Shown here one piece after another: positions 31,316 through 41,668 of a stretch of 64,000 nt of DNA; within the stretch, counting starts at the first letter, position 1, and each line of letters starts with the position of its first letter. The translations under genes and the position numbers were made by a program. A model generated the notes under the pieces. The model was not told the DNA's origin. It searched no databases and saw only the letters and a program-made list of their open reading frames with translations. The stretch comes from an uncultured delta proteobacterium (GTDB lineage: Bacteria; Desulfobacterota; Desulfomonilia; Desulfomonilales; Desulfomonilaceae): the NCBI GenBank assembly GCA_963789265.1, contig CAWBKB010000003.1:960001-1024000 (forward strand), written 5' to 3'.

Positions 31316-31903
31316 GTGCACGGTATTTATAAGAAGATCTACGAGCTGGCCGGGCCTTATCTGAATACCAGATCTAATGACCTTCACACCCGTACAGCTT
31401 ACTCTTTTGCATTAAATCTCCTGGAGGCTGAGGGAGGGGACGAGGAGATTGTTATCCCCGCTGTGTTGCTTCACGACGTGGGCTGGAAGACGGTCCCCGA
31501 AGAGCTACAGATTAAGGCATTCGGCCCCGGCGACGTAGACCCTGAAATCAATAGAATACATGAAGTCGAAGGTGCGAAGATTGCCAAAGAGCTGCTTGGA
31601 CAGGTAGGTTACGACCCCGCCCTGGTGGACCGGATCGCTGAGATAATTCTGGGCCATGATTCAAGGCGCAAAGCGATCTCACTCAACGACGCTTTGGTAA
31701 AGGATTCGGATAAGCTGTGGAGGTTCTCGCACGCCGCTATCGGAGTGGATCCCTTTCGTTTCCATGTGGACCCGCGTGACCATGTGGCCTGGCTCGGCAA
31801 CAGCATCTACACGTGGTTCTTCACGGAAACCGCTATCAAAACGGCCCTTGCCGAACAAAGATTGCGACTTCAAGAGTTGGAAAATTCACTGCCGTCGATC
31901 TAG
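31316..31903 (+). CDS. HD-domain phosphohydrolase
   Basis: DLHT...LLHDVG...HEVEGA...GHD...KDSDKL; 14 nt after ppsC. Confidence 0.85.
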   Translation: MHGIYKKIYELAGPYLNTRSNDLHTRTAYSFALNLLEAEGGDEEIVIPAVLLHDVGWKTVPEELQIKAFGPGDVDPEINRIHEVEGAKIAKELLGQVGYDPALVDRIAEIILGHDSRRKAISLNDALVKDSDKLWRFSHAAIGVDPFRFHVDPRDHVAWLGNSIYTWFFTETAIKTALAEQRLRLQELENSLPSI

Positions 31904-32115
31904 TCCGCTGAGAATACCGGCAGTCAGGGCATAGGCGTTAAAATAGGCTCCAAGTCCACTTCGTCCCGGAGGGACGGCACCATAGTAGCCCGGCGCCTCT
32001 CTGGGGCTCATAAGGTTGCAAGGGATGCCTTATTTTAAGGCCTGTGGGGATTGCCGGTCGGTAACAGGGCGTTTTCATAGGACTTCGCTTCCTTTCTGCA
32101 ATTCCCCCGGCAAGT

Positions 32116-33372
32116 TCACGCTTTGATGACTCTGAGTAAAAGGTTGATCATCTGTTCAGTGTTGGCCGCGGTGGGCTTACGCCTGGCCAGCATCATTCGC
32201 GCGAGGGCTTCGTGCTCGAAGGTTCCCTGGATAATATGCATATAGAGGTCGATCTCAAAGTCCACCCTGAAGACGCCGCTCTTCCGCCCTTCTTCGACTA
32301 TGGTTCTGATTAGCTTCCAAAAACGGTGAGTGCTCCTGTACGCCTGAGACTCATAAAATGCCGGATTTCGGTACAAGTCTAGGATTAGCACACGCGTCTC
32401 CCACTCACGTGTCTGAAAATCCAAGGCCCAACGGCGGAGCAGATATAAGAGGTGTTCGTGTGCATTTAACCGGCCGGAAAACACTCGCTCCAACTCTTCG
32501 GCAAGCTCGTCAAACCAGTTTCCCGGAACAGAGAGCAAAAGGTCTTCCTTGCTTTTAAAATACTGGTAAATTGAAGCCTCAGCAATCCCGACTTTGCCGG
32601 CTATTTCCGAAATTGTCGCACCACCGTAACCTTTTTCTCCAAAGACTTCCGCCGCGGCCTGCATAATCGCGTGGCGCCTCATCTGACCACGCGTCGGCCC
32701 GTCTCCGTTTTCATACCTGCGAATTTCTTGGCCGCGCCAAATTGCCGCCTTGATAAGAGAACAGAGTTGGTCGGCAACCTTTGTGGGATCGTAAGCCTGG
32801 TTAAAGAAGAGCCAGCGAAGAACGACGCTATCAATAGCCCCAAAGATCATTTCCATGACCTGAGTCGGCTCTACCTGCGAGTCTATCTCGCCGTCGCGAA
32901 TCCCCTCTTGAATGGCCTCAGAATAAAACGCGCTGTATTTCCGAATCATTTCGTACGCAGGGGACTTGTAAAATGCAGGCAGGGTCCTGAGGTCTCTCAG
33001 GAGAATGGATGTATAAGCTCGGTTAATGGTCAGATCCCTGAGCTGATGCCACATAAGCTTTCTTAGCTTCGGTTCCGCGCCCTTCATGCCTTGCAGGTGC
33101 TCGGTGATCCCGATCAGGGTCTTCTTCAGATGTCTTTCCGGAATGGTAACGATCAGATTTTCTTTGGTTTTGAAATATTGGAAGATGGACGCTTCATGTA
33201 CCCCGGAATCGCTGGAAATATCAGCGATAGTCGTGTCGTGAAAACCGCGGGCGGCGAAGATACGTTCCGCGGACTCAATAATGAGCTGGCGTTTTCTATC
33301 TGCCGTAGGGCTTCTTCGTTTGCTGGAGGACGCCCTTTTGATAGTGTTTCCGGTTAATTGGGTATAAATCAT
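32116..33372 (-). CDS. Tandem (double) TetR-family regulator
   Basis: Two HTH units, TTIADISSDSGVHEASIFQYFKTKE and ATISEIAGKVGIAEASIYQYFKSKE, each followed by a ligand domain. Confidence 0.9.
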   Translation of the reverse strand: MIYTQLTGNTIKRASSSKRRSPTADRKRQLIIESAERIFAARGFHDTTIADISSDSGVHEASIFQYFKTKENLIVTIPERHLKKTLIGITEHLQGMKGAEPKLRKLMWHQLRDLTINRAYTSILLRDLRTLPAFYKSPAYEMIRKYSAFYSEAIQEGIRDGEIDSQVEPTQVMEMIFGAIDSVVLRWLFFNQAYDPTKVADQLCSLIKAAIWRGQEIRRYENGDGPTRGQMRRHAIMQAAAEVFGEKGYGGATISEIAGKVGIAEASIYQYFKSKEDLLLSVPGNWFDELAEELERVFSGRLNAHEHLLYLLRRWALDFQTREWETRVLILDLYRNPAFYESQAYRSTHRFWKLIRTIVEEGRKSGVFRVDFEIDLYMHIIQGTFEHEALARMMLARRKPTAANTEQMINLLLRVIKA

Positions 33373-33664
33373 ATACAGACTCCGGGCATTCAGGTACTAT
33401 GATCACTATATCTTCGATTAAAACCGAATACTACCTATATGGCAAGGAGTCAAGAATATTCTTGTGTGCGTCGCGTGTAATGCCCGGGAGTGTGAAGTTT
33501 CTCTCGCTAATCTGCTGTTCTCCGGCCGTTGATCCAATCATATTGGACCGCGCTGCGGATATCACACGGCCTGCTTCATAAAATTATCGGCATTCGCGTC
33601 GTTGATTCGTGACAAAAGGCCCTGTTAATCGACTTGAAAATTTTTTCGAGTAGAGAACAAAAAG

Positions 33665-33718
33665 ACTTGACTTGGTTGTTGTATAAGTTATATTTATATC
33701 AACGGTGTTATCAAGTCT
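33665..33718 (+). promoter_or_regulatory. Putative bam promoter/operator
   Basis: TTGACT (33668-33673), 16 nt, TATATT, inside an imperfect AT-rich inverted repeat (GACTTGA...TCAAGTC; GTTGTATAA...TTATATCAAC). Confidence 0.5.
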
Positions 33719-33823
33719 CGGTCAAAACATCCTTCACCAAGACCCACGTGTCACCGGCTCCACTATACCATTCGGTACTGCGGCTCCCAGGCCATTAAAC
33801 AAAGGCAGGCCGTCGTGAATAAA

Positions 33824-34033
33824 ATGGTTATTGATCCACCGCATGTTCCTATCCGTCCTATGAAAGAAGAAGACGTCGATGCCGTTGCATTGATCGACAG
33901 CATGTACGTCGGAGCGCATAGAGCGGAATATTGTTCGGGGAAGCCTGGTTCTGGCTCTGAGAGAGCGAGGATTAACACTTCTTTGGTTGCAGAAGCGCGG
34001 GCGAGCATATCGCAACTCCGCTGCAAGGGGTAA
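33824..34033 (+). pseudogene. Truncated GNAT acetyltransferase N-terminal remnant
   Basis: IRPMKEEDVDAVALIDSMY...RAEY...NTSLVAE matches the GNAT beta1/alpha1 and beta2 region; it stops before motif A, 5 nt upstream of bamB. Confidence 0.5.
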
Positions 34034-34038
34034 ACAAG

Positions 34039-36009
34039 ATGAGGTACGCAGAGACAGGATACAATTTAGAAATCGATTTGGCGACGGGAAATATTGAACG
34101 GGTAGAAACCGACCCGAAATTGACGGAACTTCATCTCGGAGGGTTGGGTACCAGCGTCAAGACGCACTGGGATAGGGTTCCCCCCGAGGTCAAACCGTTT
34201 GATCCCGAGAATTTATTAATATTCAGCACCGGTCTTCTCAATGGCACTCCGGCTTTTAGCGCCAACCGTACCCTTGTTACCTTCGTTTCCCCTCAGTCGA
34301 ATTATCTGGCGTACCCCATGATGGGGGGATTCTGGTCCGCGGAATTGAAGTATGCCGGTTATGACAAAGTGATCTTTCGCAACAAGTCCCCCAAGTTGGT
34401 CTATATATGGATACATAATGACAAAGTGGAAATCCGTGATGCCTCTCATTTGAAGGGCAAGGGCGCTCTTGAAACCCAAGACCTCATAAGAGAGGAGCTG
34501 AAAGAACCGAGGGCCCAGGTGGCCGCCATCGGCCTGGCCGGTGAAAATCGGGTCTTTACGGCTTCCATTGAGCAAGCCAGGTCCAGCGCCAGCAGGCTCG
34601 GCGGCGGCGCGATCATGGGAGACAAGAAGATAAAGGCGGTCGCTGTTCGTGGAACAAAGGACGTGTACCTTGCCCGAGGCGAGGAATTCATGAAGCACAT
34701 GGAAGAGGTGGCGGAATACATAAAATTCCGAAACACAAATCCCATTCCGGACGTGATGACCATTTTGCAGGGGATTGGGTCGCCGCAGGAAATGCTGCAC
34801 ACTGATGAGAAGTGGCACACTGAAAACTTCATGTGGGGCAATGCCCGTCTGCGGAGAAGAGACTTCTGGAACAAGGATAACGAAGAGAATTGGACGTCGA
34901 CTCAATTGGGTGCGGTGAAGCGGTTAATAAGCTGTTTTAACTGTCCACAGCATTGCGGCGCCCTGGTTTCCCACCAGGAGGGCCCACGATACATGATGAA
35001 ATGCTTCGGAAAGCTCACTTATTCCATGGCGGCCTATGTAGACGACCTGGGCTTTAACTTCAGAATCCTTCAACGTGCCACGGAATATGGCGTGGACTCA
35101 TTCTCAACCCCGCAGATTTTGGCATTCGCCGTTGAGCTCTATGAAGCCGGCATTCTGACCGACAAGGACTTCGAAGGATGTCCGTCTGACAAGGAAGGCA
35201 GATTCTTCTGGTTGCTTGACAGAGTGGCCCGGCGGGAAGGAATCGGAGATATTCTGGCCGACGGCGTTTATTATGCGGCCCGAAAGATCGGCAACGGGGC
35301 AGAAAAATTCGATCACAATACGATCAAGAAACATGAGCAACTCCCCATCAAGCTGGGGATGCTGGATCCTATCTATTTCCTTATGTATTCTACCAACGAG
35401 AAGGTAAGCATCACTCAAATTGAAGGGAATTTCCCGCAGTCGGCTTTTCCCTCCAGAGAGCAGAGGGAAGCATTTGTAAAGGACTGGCCCCAGCTTCCCG
35501 ACGAAAAGTTCAAGCAAATCTTGCTGGACTGGGAAATACGAGGAGATCACGCGATACCGTATTTCCCAACCCCGGAGATGTGCAGTGAAATTGTGGATTG
35601 GATGGAGATGCTGCACAACATTGACGACGCCCTGGGAATATGCGCGGGCATGGGATCGTTTTGCTTGAAGCCTCCCTATCATATACACAATTACCCGCTG
35701 CTCATCTCGGCCGCGACAGGGATGGACGTAGATGAAGCCGGACTGAAGAAAATGGTCAATAGAAGCCGTAATCTGCACAGGGCATTCAATAACCGAAGAG
35801 GCATGACAAGGGTTGAGGAGAAGCCGCCTGAAGACCATTGGAAAAGAAGATTCCCCGAACTCGAAGAACAACTCTTATCCACGTATTACAAATACAAGGG
35901 ATGGAATATGGACGGTATTCCTACGAGAGAAAGACTGGTGGAATTAGATCTGGGTTATGTTGCCGAAGACTTGGAAAAGAGAGGGATCCTAAAAGATGGC
36001 CAAAATTAA
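34039..36009 (+). CDS. bamB: Class II benzoyl-CoA reductase W-pterin subunit
   Basis: MRYAETGY start; PQEM, EKWHTENF, SCFNCPQHC, YMMKCF, TQIEG, LKPPYHIHNYP match BamB as recalled. Confidence 0.95.
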   Translation: MRYAETGYNLEIDLATGNIERVETDPKLTELHLGGLGTSVKTHWDRVPPEVKPFDPENLLIFSTGLLNGTPAFSANRTLVTFVSPQSNYLAYPMMGGFWSAELKYAGYDKVIFRNKSPKLVYIWIHNDKVEIRDASHLKGKGALETQDLIREELKEPRAQVAAIGLAGENRVFTASIEQARSSASRLGGGAIMGDKKIKAVAVRGTKDVYLARGEEFMKHMEEVAEYIKFRNTNPIPDVMTILQGIGSPQEMLHTDEKWHTENFMWGNARLRRRDFWNKDNEENWTSTQLGAVKRLISCFNCPQHCGALVSHQEGPRYMMKCFGKLTYSMAAYVDDLGFNFRILQRATEYGVDSFSTPQILAFAVELYEAGILTDKDFEGCPSDKEGRFFWLLDRVARREGIGDILADGVYYAARKIGNGAEKFDHNTIKKHEQLPIKLGMLDPIYFLMYSTNEKVSITQIEGNFPQSAFPSREQREAFVKDWPQLPDEKFKQILLDWEIRGDHAIPYFPTPEMCSEIVDWMEMLHNIDDALGICAGMGSFCLKPPYHIHNYPLLISAATGMDVDEAGLKKMVNRSRNLHRAFNNRRGMTRVEEKPPEDHWKRRFPELEEQLLSTYYKYKGWNMDGIPTRERLVELDLGYVAEDLEKRGILKDGQN

Positions 36010-36541
36010 GAAGAAGATTAAGTCCATCAAGATTGATGCTGATAAGTGCAATGGCTGCCGGGCATGCGAGATCATCTGCTCCGCGTTTCACGCCACTCCG
36101 AAGTACAGCAGCAATAATCCGGCTAGGTCTCGTATTCAGGTGATCAGTCATCGGCTGAAAGATATATGGCTTCCGGTATTCGCGGGTGAGTATGCGCCGG
36201 CCGAATGTATGGGCAGAGACAAGTATGTGATTGACGGGAAGGAATACGAAGAGTGTGCCTTTTGTAGAGCATCCTGCCCATCCAGGGACTTCTTCAAGGA
36301 ACCCGATTCCGGTCTCCCTCTGAAATGCGACATGTGTGAAAGCGACCCGTCGCTGGAAAAGCCGATGTGCGTTCAGAAGTGCCTCAATGATGTCCTGATC
36401 TACGAAGAAAGAGAAGAGGAAGTAGAAGAAGAAGTGAAGCTGGAGGACGTAGAGTTAGGACTGGAATCCATGATCGACAAGTATGGCTTGCAGAAAGTCA
36501 TGGATACCGTTTCTCGCATCTCGGCGTCAAAGAAGGGCTGA
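35996..36541 (+). CDS. bamC: Class II BCR Fe-S subunit
   Basis: CNGCRACEIIC, CAFCRASCP, PLKCDMC...CVQKC; overlaps the bamB stop. Confidence 0.93.
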   Translation: MAKIKKKIKSIKIDADKCNGCRACEIICSAFHATPKYSSNNPARSRIQVISHRLKDIWLPVFAGEYAPAECMGRDKYVIDGKEYEECAFCRASCPSRDFFKEPDSGLPLKCDMCESDPSLEKPMCVQKCLNDVLIYEEREEEVEEEVKLEDVELGLESMIDKYGLQKVMDTVSRISASKKG

Positions 36542-36573
36542 AACATTAGGCCGAAAGAAGAGGAAGGAAGACA

Positions 36574-37729
36574 GTGGAGACCGTAAGCCCCTATAAAGAG
36601 ATCATTGATGTCATCAAGACGAGCGGTGGAAAAGCCTTCAAAAGATGCTTTCAGTGCGGATTATGCGATACTGTTTGTCCGTGGAACAGGGTCAGGTCTT
36701 TCAGCATGCGCAAGATCGTCCGTGAGGCCACGTTCGGTTTGACCGATATCGAAACTGACGAAATCTGGCGCTGTACAGACTTGCGGTAGATGCCCTCAGC
36801 AGTGCCCCAGGGACGTCAAACAGATTGAATCCGGGGTGTCCCTGCGCCGGATCGCCACGGAATACGGCGTTTTTCCCGATTCCGTCAAACCTGTCCGCAC
36901 CGTTGCTGCAAGCCTGGTCGGCGAAGGCAACCCTCTGAGTGAAGAGCGTGCCAAGAGGGCAAACTGGGCGGAAGGCCTTTCAGTCAATACGTTCACCGAG
37001 GGAATGGAAATTCTCTATTTTCCCGGCTGCTATCTCAGCTATGACCCAAGATTAAAGAAAGTGGCCAAAGCCACAGCCCGTATCCTCAACCTGGCAGAAG
37101 TGGATTTCGGGATTCTGGGCTCCAAGGAGAGCTGCTGCGGGGAAAGCATTCGTAAGACGGGCGATGAGGAGTTGTTCAAGCGTCTGGCCAAAGAAAACAT
37201 CAAGGCATTTATTGACAACGGCGTGAAGAAGATCCTTGTTTCTTCTCCCCATTGCTACCACACCTTCAAGAACGAGTATCCGGAATTCAGAGTGAACTTT
37301 GAGGTGGTGCATATCTCCCAATACCTGTTCGAGTTGATGAACGAGGGAAGGCTTCAGTTTAAGAAGGATTATCCGAAGAAAATAACGTATCACGACCCTT
37401 GTTACCTGGGCCGGCATAACGGCATATATGACGAGCCGCGAGAGGTTTTGAAGAAGATACCGGGTTTAGAGCTGAGTGAGATGCCTGAGTCACGCTCGGA
37501 TAGTCTCTGCTGCGGAGGCGGAGGCGGCAGGGTTTGGATGGAAACCGAAAAGGGTGAGAGATTCTCTGATCTCAGAATAGAACAGGCTCTTGGGGTCGGA
37601 GCCGAGGTGCTGGCTGCTGCCTGCCCCTATTGCATCACCATGCTTGAGGATAGCAGGTTGACCCTCGGTGCCGCGGAAAAAATCGAGGTAAAAGACATCA
37701 CGGAAATCATCCAAGAAGTGATTGAGTGA
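36574..37729 (+). CDS. bamD: HdrD/GlpC-like Fe-S oxidoreductase (one frameshift at about 36778)
   Basis: CFQCGLCDTVCP; corrected WRCTTCGRCPQQCP; two CCG domains (ESCCG, YHDPCYLGR, LCCGGGG, ACPYC). Confidence 0.9.
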
Positions 37730-37793
37730 ATCGAAGTACTCTGGGTTTCCTATGTTGAAAAACGAAATTGACACGTCAAGAGGGACCGAAGCT

Positions 37794-38286
37794 ATGGCGA
37801 CAAATCCCGATCTCATTTCTCCTTGCGGTCTATACTGCGGTGTCTGTGCCATTTATATTGCACACCGCGATAATAACCTTAAGCTGAAGGAGCGACTATT
37901 AGGTCTTTACACAGGTGGAACTCCCGGCAAGGGCACCCTGCCCAATAGCGAAGACCTAGCAATAGAAGACATTCGATGCCGTGGCTGCTCGTCGGACGAA
38001 CAGTTTATGCATTGCCGCCAGTGTGAGATCAGGAATTGCACAAAAGAGAAAGGATACTCAGGGTGTCATGAATGCAATGAATTTCCCTGTCGTTACGTTG
38101 ATAATTTCTCCATGGCCGTTGGCAAGAAGGTTATTCTGCGGGCTGTCCCATATCGACGAGAGTTCGGGTACTGAAAAATGGATTCGAGACGAGGAAGCCC
38201 GCTATATATGCCCCCAATGCGGCAACAGAGTTTTTCGAGGTGCGATGAAATGTAATCAATGCAAAGTGCAACTAGATCTGGACTAA
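37794..38286 (+). CDS. DUF3795 Cys-rich protein with C-terminal zinc ribbon (one frameshift at about 38168)
   Basis: SPCGLYCGVC, CRGC, CEIRNC...CHECNEFPC, then CPQCG...CNQC. Confidence 0.75.
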
Positions 38287-38385
38287 ACAAATTCTTTTAA
38301 GTGCGCATAGCAATTGCATGGTTGGGATTGCCTCGAGTCTCTGGCTTCCGGCAACCGTACATGCCGCCCGATGAGGTGATAGAAA

Positions 38386-41300
38386 ATGGGAGAAGTAATT
38401 TTGTTGAAAGAAGATCTCCAGCAACTTTGTGGCAGCTTTGGACAAACCAATTTTGGAGACGTGATGGTTGTTGGTGGAGGCATCAGTGGCATTCAAGCCT
38501 CTCTTGATCTTGCCACGGCCGGGTTCAAGGTTTACCTGGTGGAGAAAGGACCGAGCATTGGGGGACACATGGCTCAGTTGGACAAGACCTTTCCCACCAA
38601 TGAATGCTCCATGTGAATACTTTCACCCAAGCTGGTCGAGGTCGGCCGGCATCCAAACATAGAGGTCCTTACCTACACGGAAGTGGACCGTGTAGAAGGG
38701 GAAGCAGGAAACTTTAAGGTAGCTCTGACCAAAAGGCCCCGGTATATTCTCGAGGACAAATGCACGGGTTGTACTACCTGCGTAGAATACTGCCCGGCCA
38801 AATACCCCGATCAATTCAATCAGGAAATATCGCAGAATAAGGCCGTTCATATATACTTCGCTCAGGCAATTCCCCTTATTTCATATATAGATGAAAGCTG
38901 TCTTTACCTCAAAGAGAAAAAGTGTCGTATTTGCGAAGCAGTGTGCAAGAATAACGCGATAGATTTGAAACAAACGGCAGAGAAAAAAGAAATACAGGTA
39001 GGGGCGATCATTCTGTCGCCCGGCCTTGAGCCCTTTGATCCAAGGGTGAAGAAGGAGTATCGCTACGGAGAGTTTGCAAACGTCGTAACCAGCATGGACT
39101 ATGAGCGTCTGTTATCTTCCACGGGGCCGTACCAGGGAGAGATTCTGCGTGCTTCCGACCAAAAACACCCCCGCAAAGTAGCCTGGATTCAGTGCGTCGG
39201 TTCCAGACGGGTTACTAAGGGCGACAACAGCTATTGTTCCGCCGTATGCTGCACCTACGCCCAGAAACAGGCGATTTTGACAAAAGATCATAACGCTGAG
39301 GCCGAGTGTACAATATTCCATAACGATATTCGGTCCTACGGGAAGGATTTTGAGCGATACTTTGAGCGGGCAGAGAAACTCCCCGGGATTCGATTTATCA
39401 GGAGCTACACTTCGATTGTGCGAGAGGACCCTGAAACCAAGAATGTCACGTTACGATATTCCACCACCGACGCCGGAGTAAAAGAAGAAGAATTCGACAT
39501 GGTGGTATTGTCTGTTGGATTGAATCCTCCCGCTGATGTGAAGTCCATCGCAAACAAATTCGGCATAGAGCTGGAACCTCATGATTTTTGCAGGACCAGC
39601 CCCGTCAATCCCATGTCCACAAACAGACCGGGGATCTTTGTAAGCGGGGGCTTCCAGGGGCCTGTCGATATCCCGGAGTCGGTCTTCAGCGCCAGCGGAG
39701 CGGGTGCCCAGGTCGGTGAGCTTCTTGAATACAGGCGAGGAAATCTTGCCGAAGAAAGAGTATATCCGCCTGAACGAGATGTCTCTGGGGAGGAGCCAAG
39801 GATAGGAGTCTTCGTATGTCATTGTGGGGCCAATATCGGTAGGATAGTCAATGTTCCTGAGACAGTCGAGTACTGCAAAACGCTGCCTAATGTCGTCCAT
39901 GCTCAGGAACAGTTATTTTCATGCGCCACTAACTCCGCCAAAGAAATTACCGACATGACGAAAGAAAAGGGGCTCAATCGAGTGATTGTCGCTGCCTGCT
40001 CTCCCAGGACTCTTGAACCGTTATTCCGGGACACGGTTCGGGAGGCTGGAATTAATCAATATTACTTCGAAATGGCTAATATCAGGGAACACAATTCCTG
40101 GGTCCACTCGAAAGAACAAGAGGAGGCCACGCAAAAGGCAAAGGATATCATCCGGATGTCAACAGCACGAGCTTGCCGATTGGAGCCCTTGCAGGAATTT
40201 GACCTGCCGGTCAACAAAGCTGCATTGGTGGTCGGTGGAGGCATAGCCGGCATGAATTGTGCTCTCTCCATTGCCAACCAGGGGCATGAGGTACACCTAG
40301 TTGAAAAGAATACAGAACTTGGGGGAATAGCACGAAGGATTCATTCCACGCTGGAAGGACTGGATGTTCAGGAGTACCTGCGCGATCTCATAGCAAAGGT
40401 GTATCAACACCGCTTAATACATGTCTATCATAATGCGACAATCACGAATGCTACAGGTTATGTTGGGAATTTCGTGACCGCAGTGAAGTCTGATAGAGGA
40501 GTCGCAGAGATAAAACACGGTGCCTCGGTCATCGCTATAGGTGCCGATCTATATACCCCCACCGAGTACCTTTATGGAGAAGATGATCGGGTCATGACTC
40601 AGCTTGAGTTGGAGGAGCAAATCGCCAAAGGAGAAGAAAAGGTGATGAACTCCCAGAGTCTGGTGATGATCCAATGCGTAGGCTGCAGGAATGAGGACAG
40701 AAATTACTGTAGCCGGATATGCTGCAGCCAGTCGATAAAGAATGCTTTGAAATTGAAAGAGATCAACCCCGAGAAGGATGTTTATATTCTCTTCAGGGAT
40801 ATGAGGACCTACGGGTTTCGAGAGGACTATTACCGGGAAGCGGCCGAGAAAGAGGTAAAGTTCATCCGTTACGAGCCGCAGGACAAACCTCTGGTGGAGG
40901 CCGGCGAGTCGGAAGAGGGTCGGCCTGTTTTAAAGGTTACCGCGACCGACTATGTTCTGGGAAAGAAGCTTGTACTGGATGCCGATATAGTAGCTTTGGC
41001 TGCCGCGGTCATTCCCTCGGCCGCGACCAAGGAAATTGCCGGGTTGTTCAAGGTGACTTTGAACCCGGACGGCTTCTTCAAAGAAGCCCATGTCAAATTA
41101 AGACCCGTTGAGTTCGGTACAGACGGGGTTTATCTCTGTGGACTGGCTCATTATCCCAAGTTTATGCAGGAAACCATCAATCAGGCTTATGGAGCTGCAG
41201 GACGGGTTTTAACGTTGCTTTCACGTGATGTAGTGGTCGCATCCGGTTCAGTTTGTGAAGTGGATGAGAATAAATGCGTTTCCTGCGGGGCATGTACAAC

Positions 41301-41526
41301 GGTATGCAACTATGGCGCCATAGAATTTGTCGAGACAGCGCTCGGCAGAAAGGCCAGGGTTAATCCTGTCCTCTGTAAAGGGGACGGCCTCTGCAACACC
41401 GTTTGCGCGACGTCTGCCATAGTGCTGAAGCACTATACCGATGATGAGCTTTTGAGCGAAATTGATGCCGCGTTTCCAGAGGAAGAGGTCAACCAGCCAA
41501 TGGATGCTGCGGTTGGAAGTCACTAG
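38386..41526 (+). CDS. bamE: HdrA-like electron-bifurcating flavoprotein, selenoprotein (TGA 38614-38616)
   Basis: VVGGGISG...[30 protein letters not shown] continues in frame into the 947-aa ORF; two FAD sites and ferredoxin motifs. Confidence 0.93.
38631..38650 (+). promoter_or_regulatory. Candidate SECIS hairpin of bamE
   Basis: GCTGGTCG-AGGT-CGGCCGGC forms an 8-bp stem (including G-U pairs) with a G-containing loop, 14 nt after the TGA. Confidence 0.65.
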
Positions 41527-41570
41527 GCCAGGCATCCTGCCTGTCTGACGGGCTGAAAGCCCGTTCCACC
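41526..41570. repeat. REP-like hairpin pair between bamE and bamF
   Basis: CAGGCATCCTGCCTG and ACGGGCTGAAAGCCCGT-TCCACC; related to 584-644. Confidence 0.6.
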
Positions 41571-41668
41571 AAAACATGCAAGGACCGGCCTCCCCGCCAA
41601 ACGCGGGATCGCCGAATACCCTGTGAACGTCCGCAAACCTGAGATTACCAGGCACGAGGAGAGGACCT

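Noticed and set aside
36574..36800. Stop-codon recoding (TAG 36787-36789) in bamD
   Set aside because: The continuation is in a different frame; a one-base deletion restores the CxxCxxCxxxCP motif.
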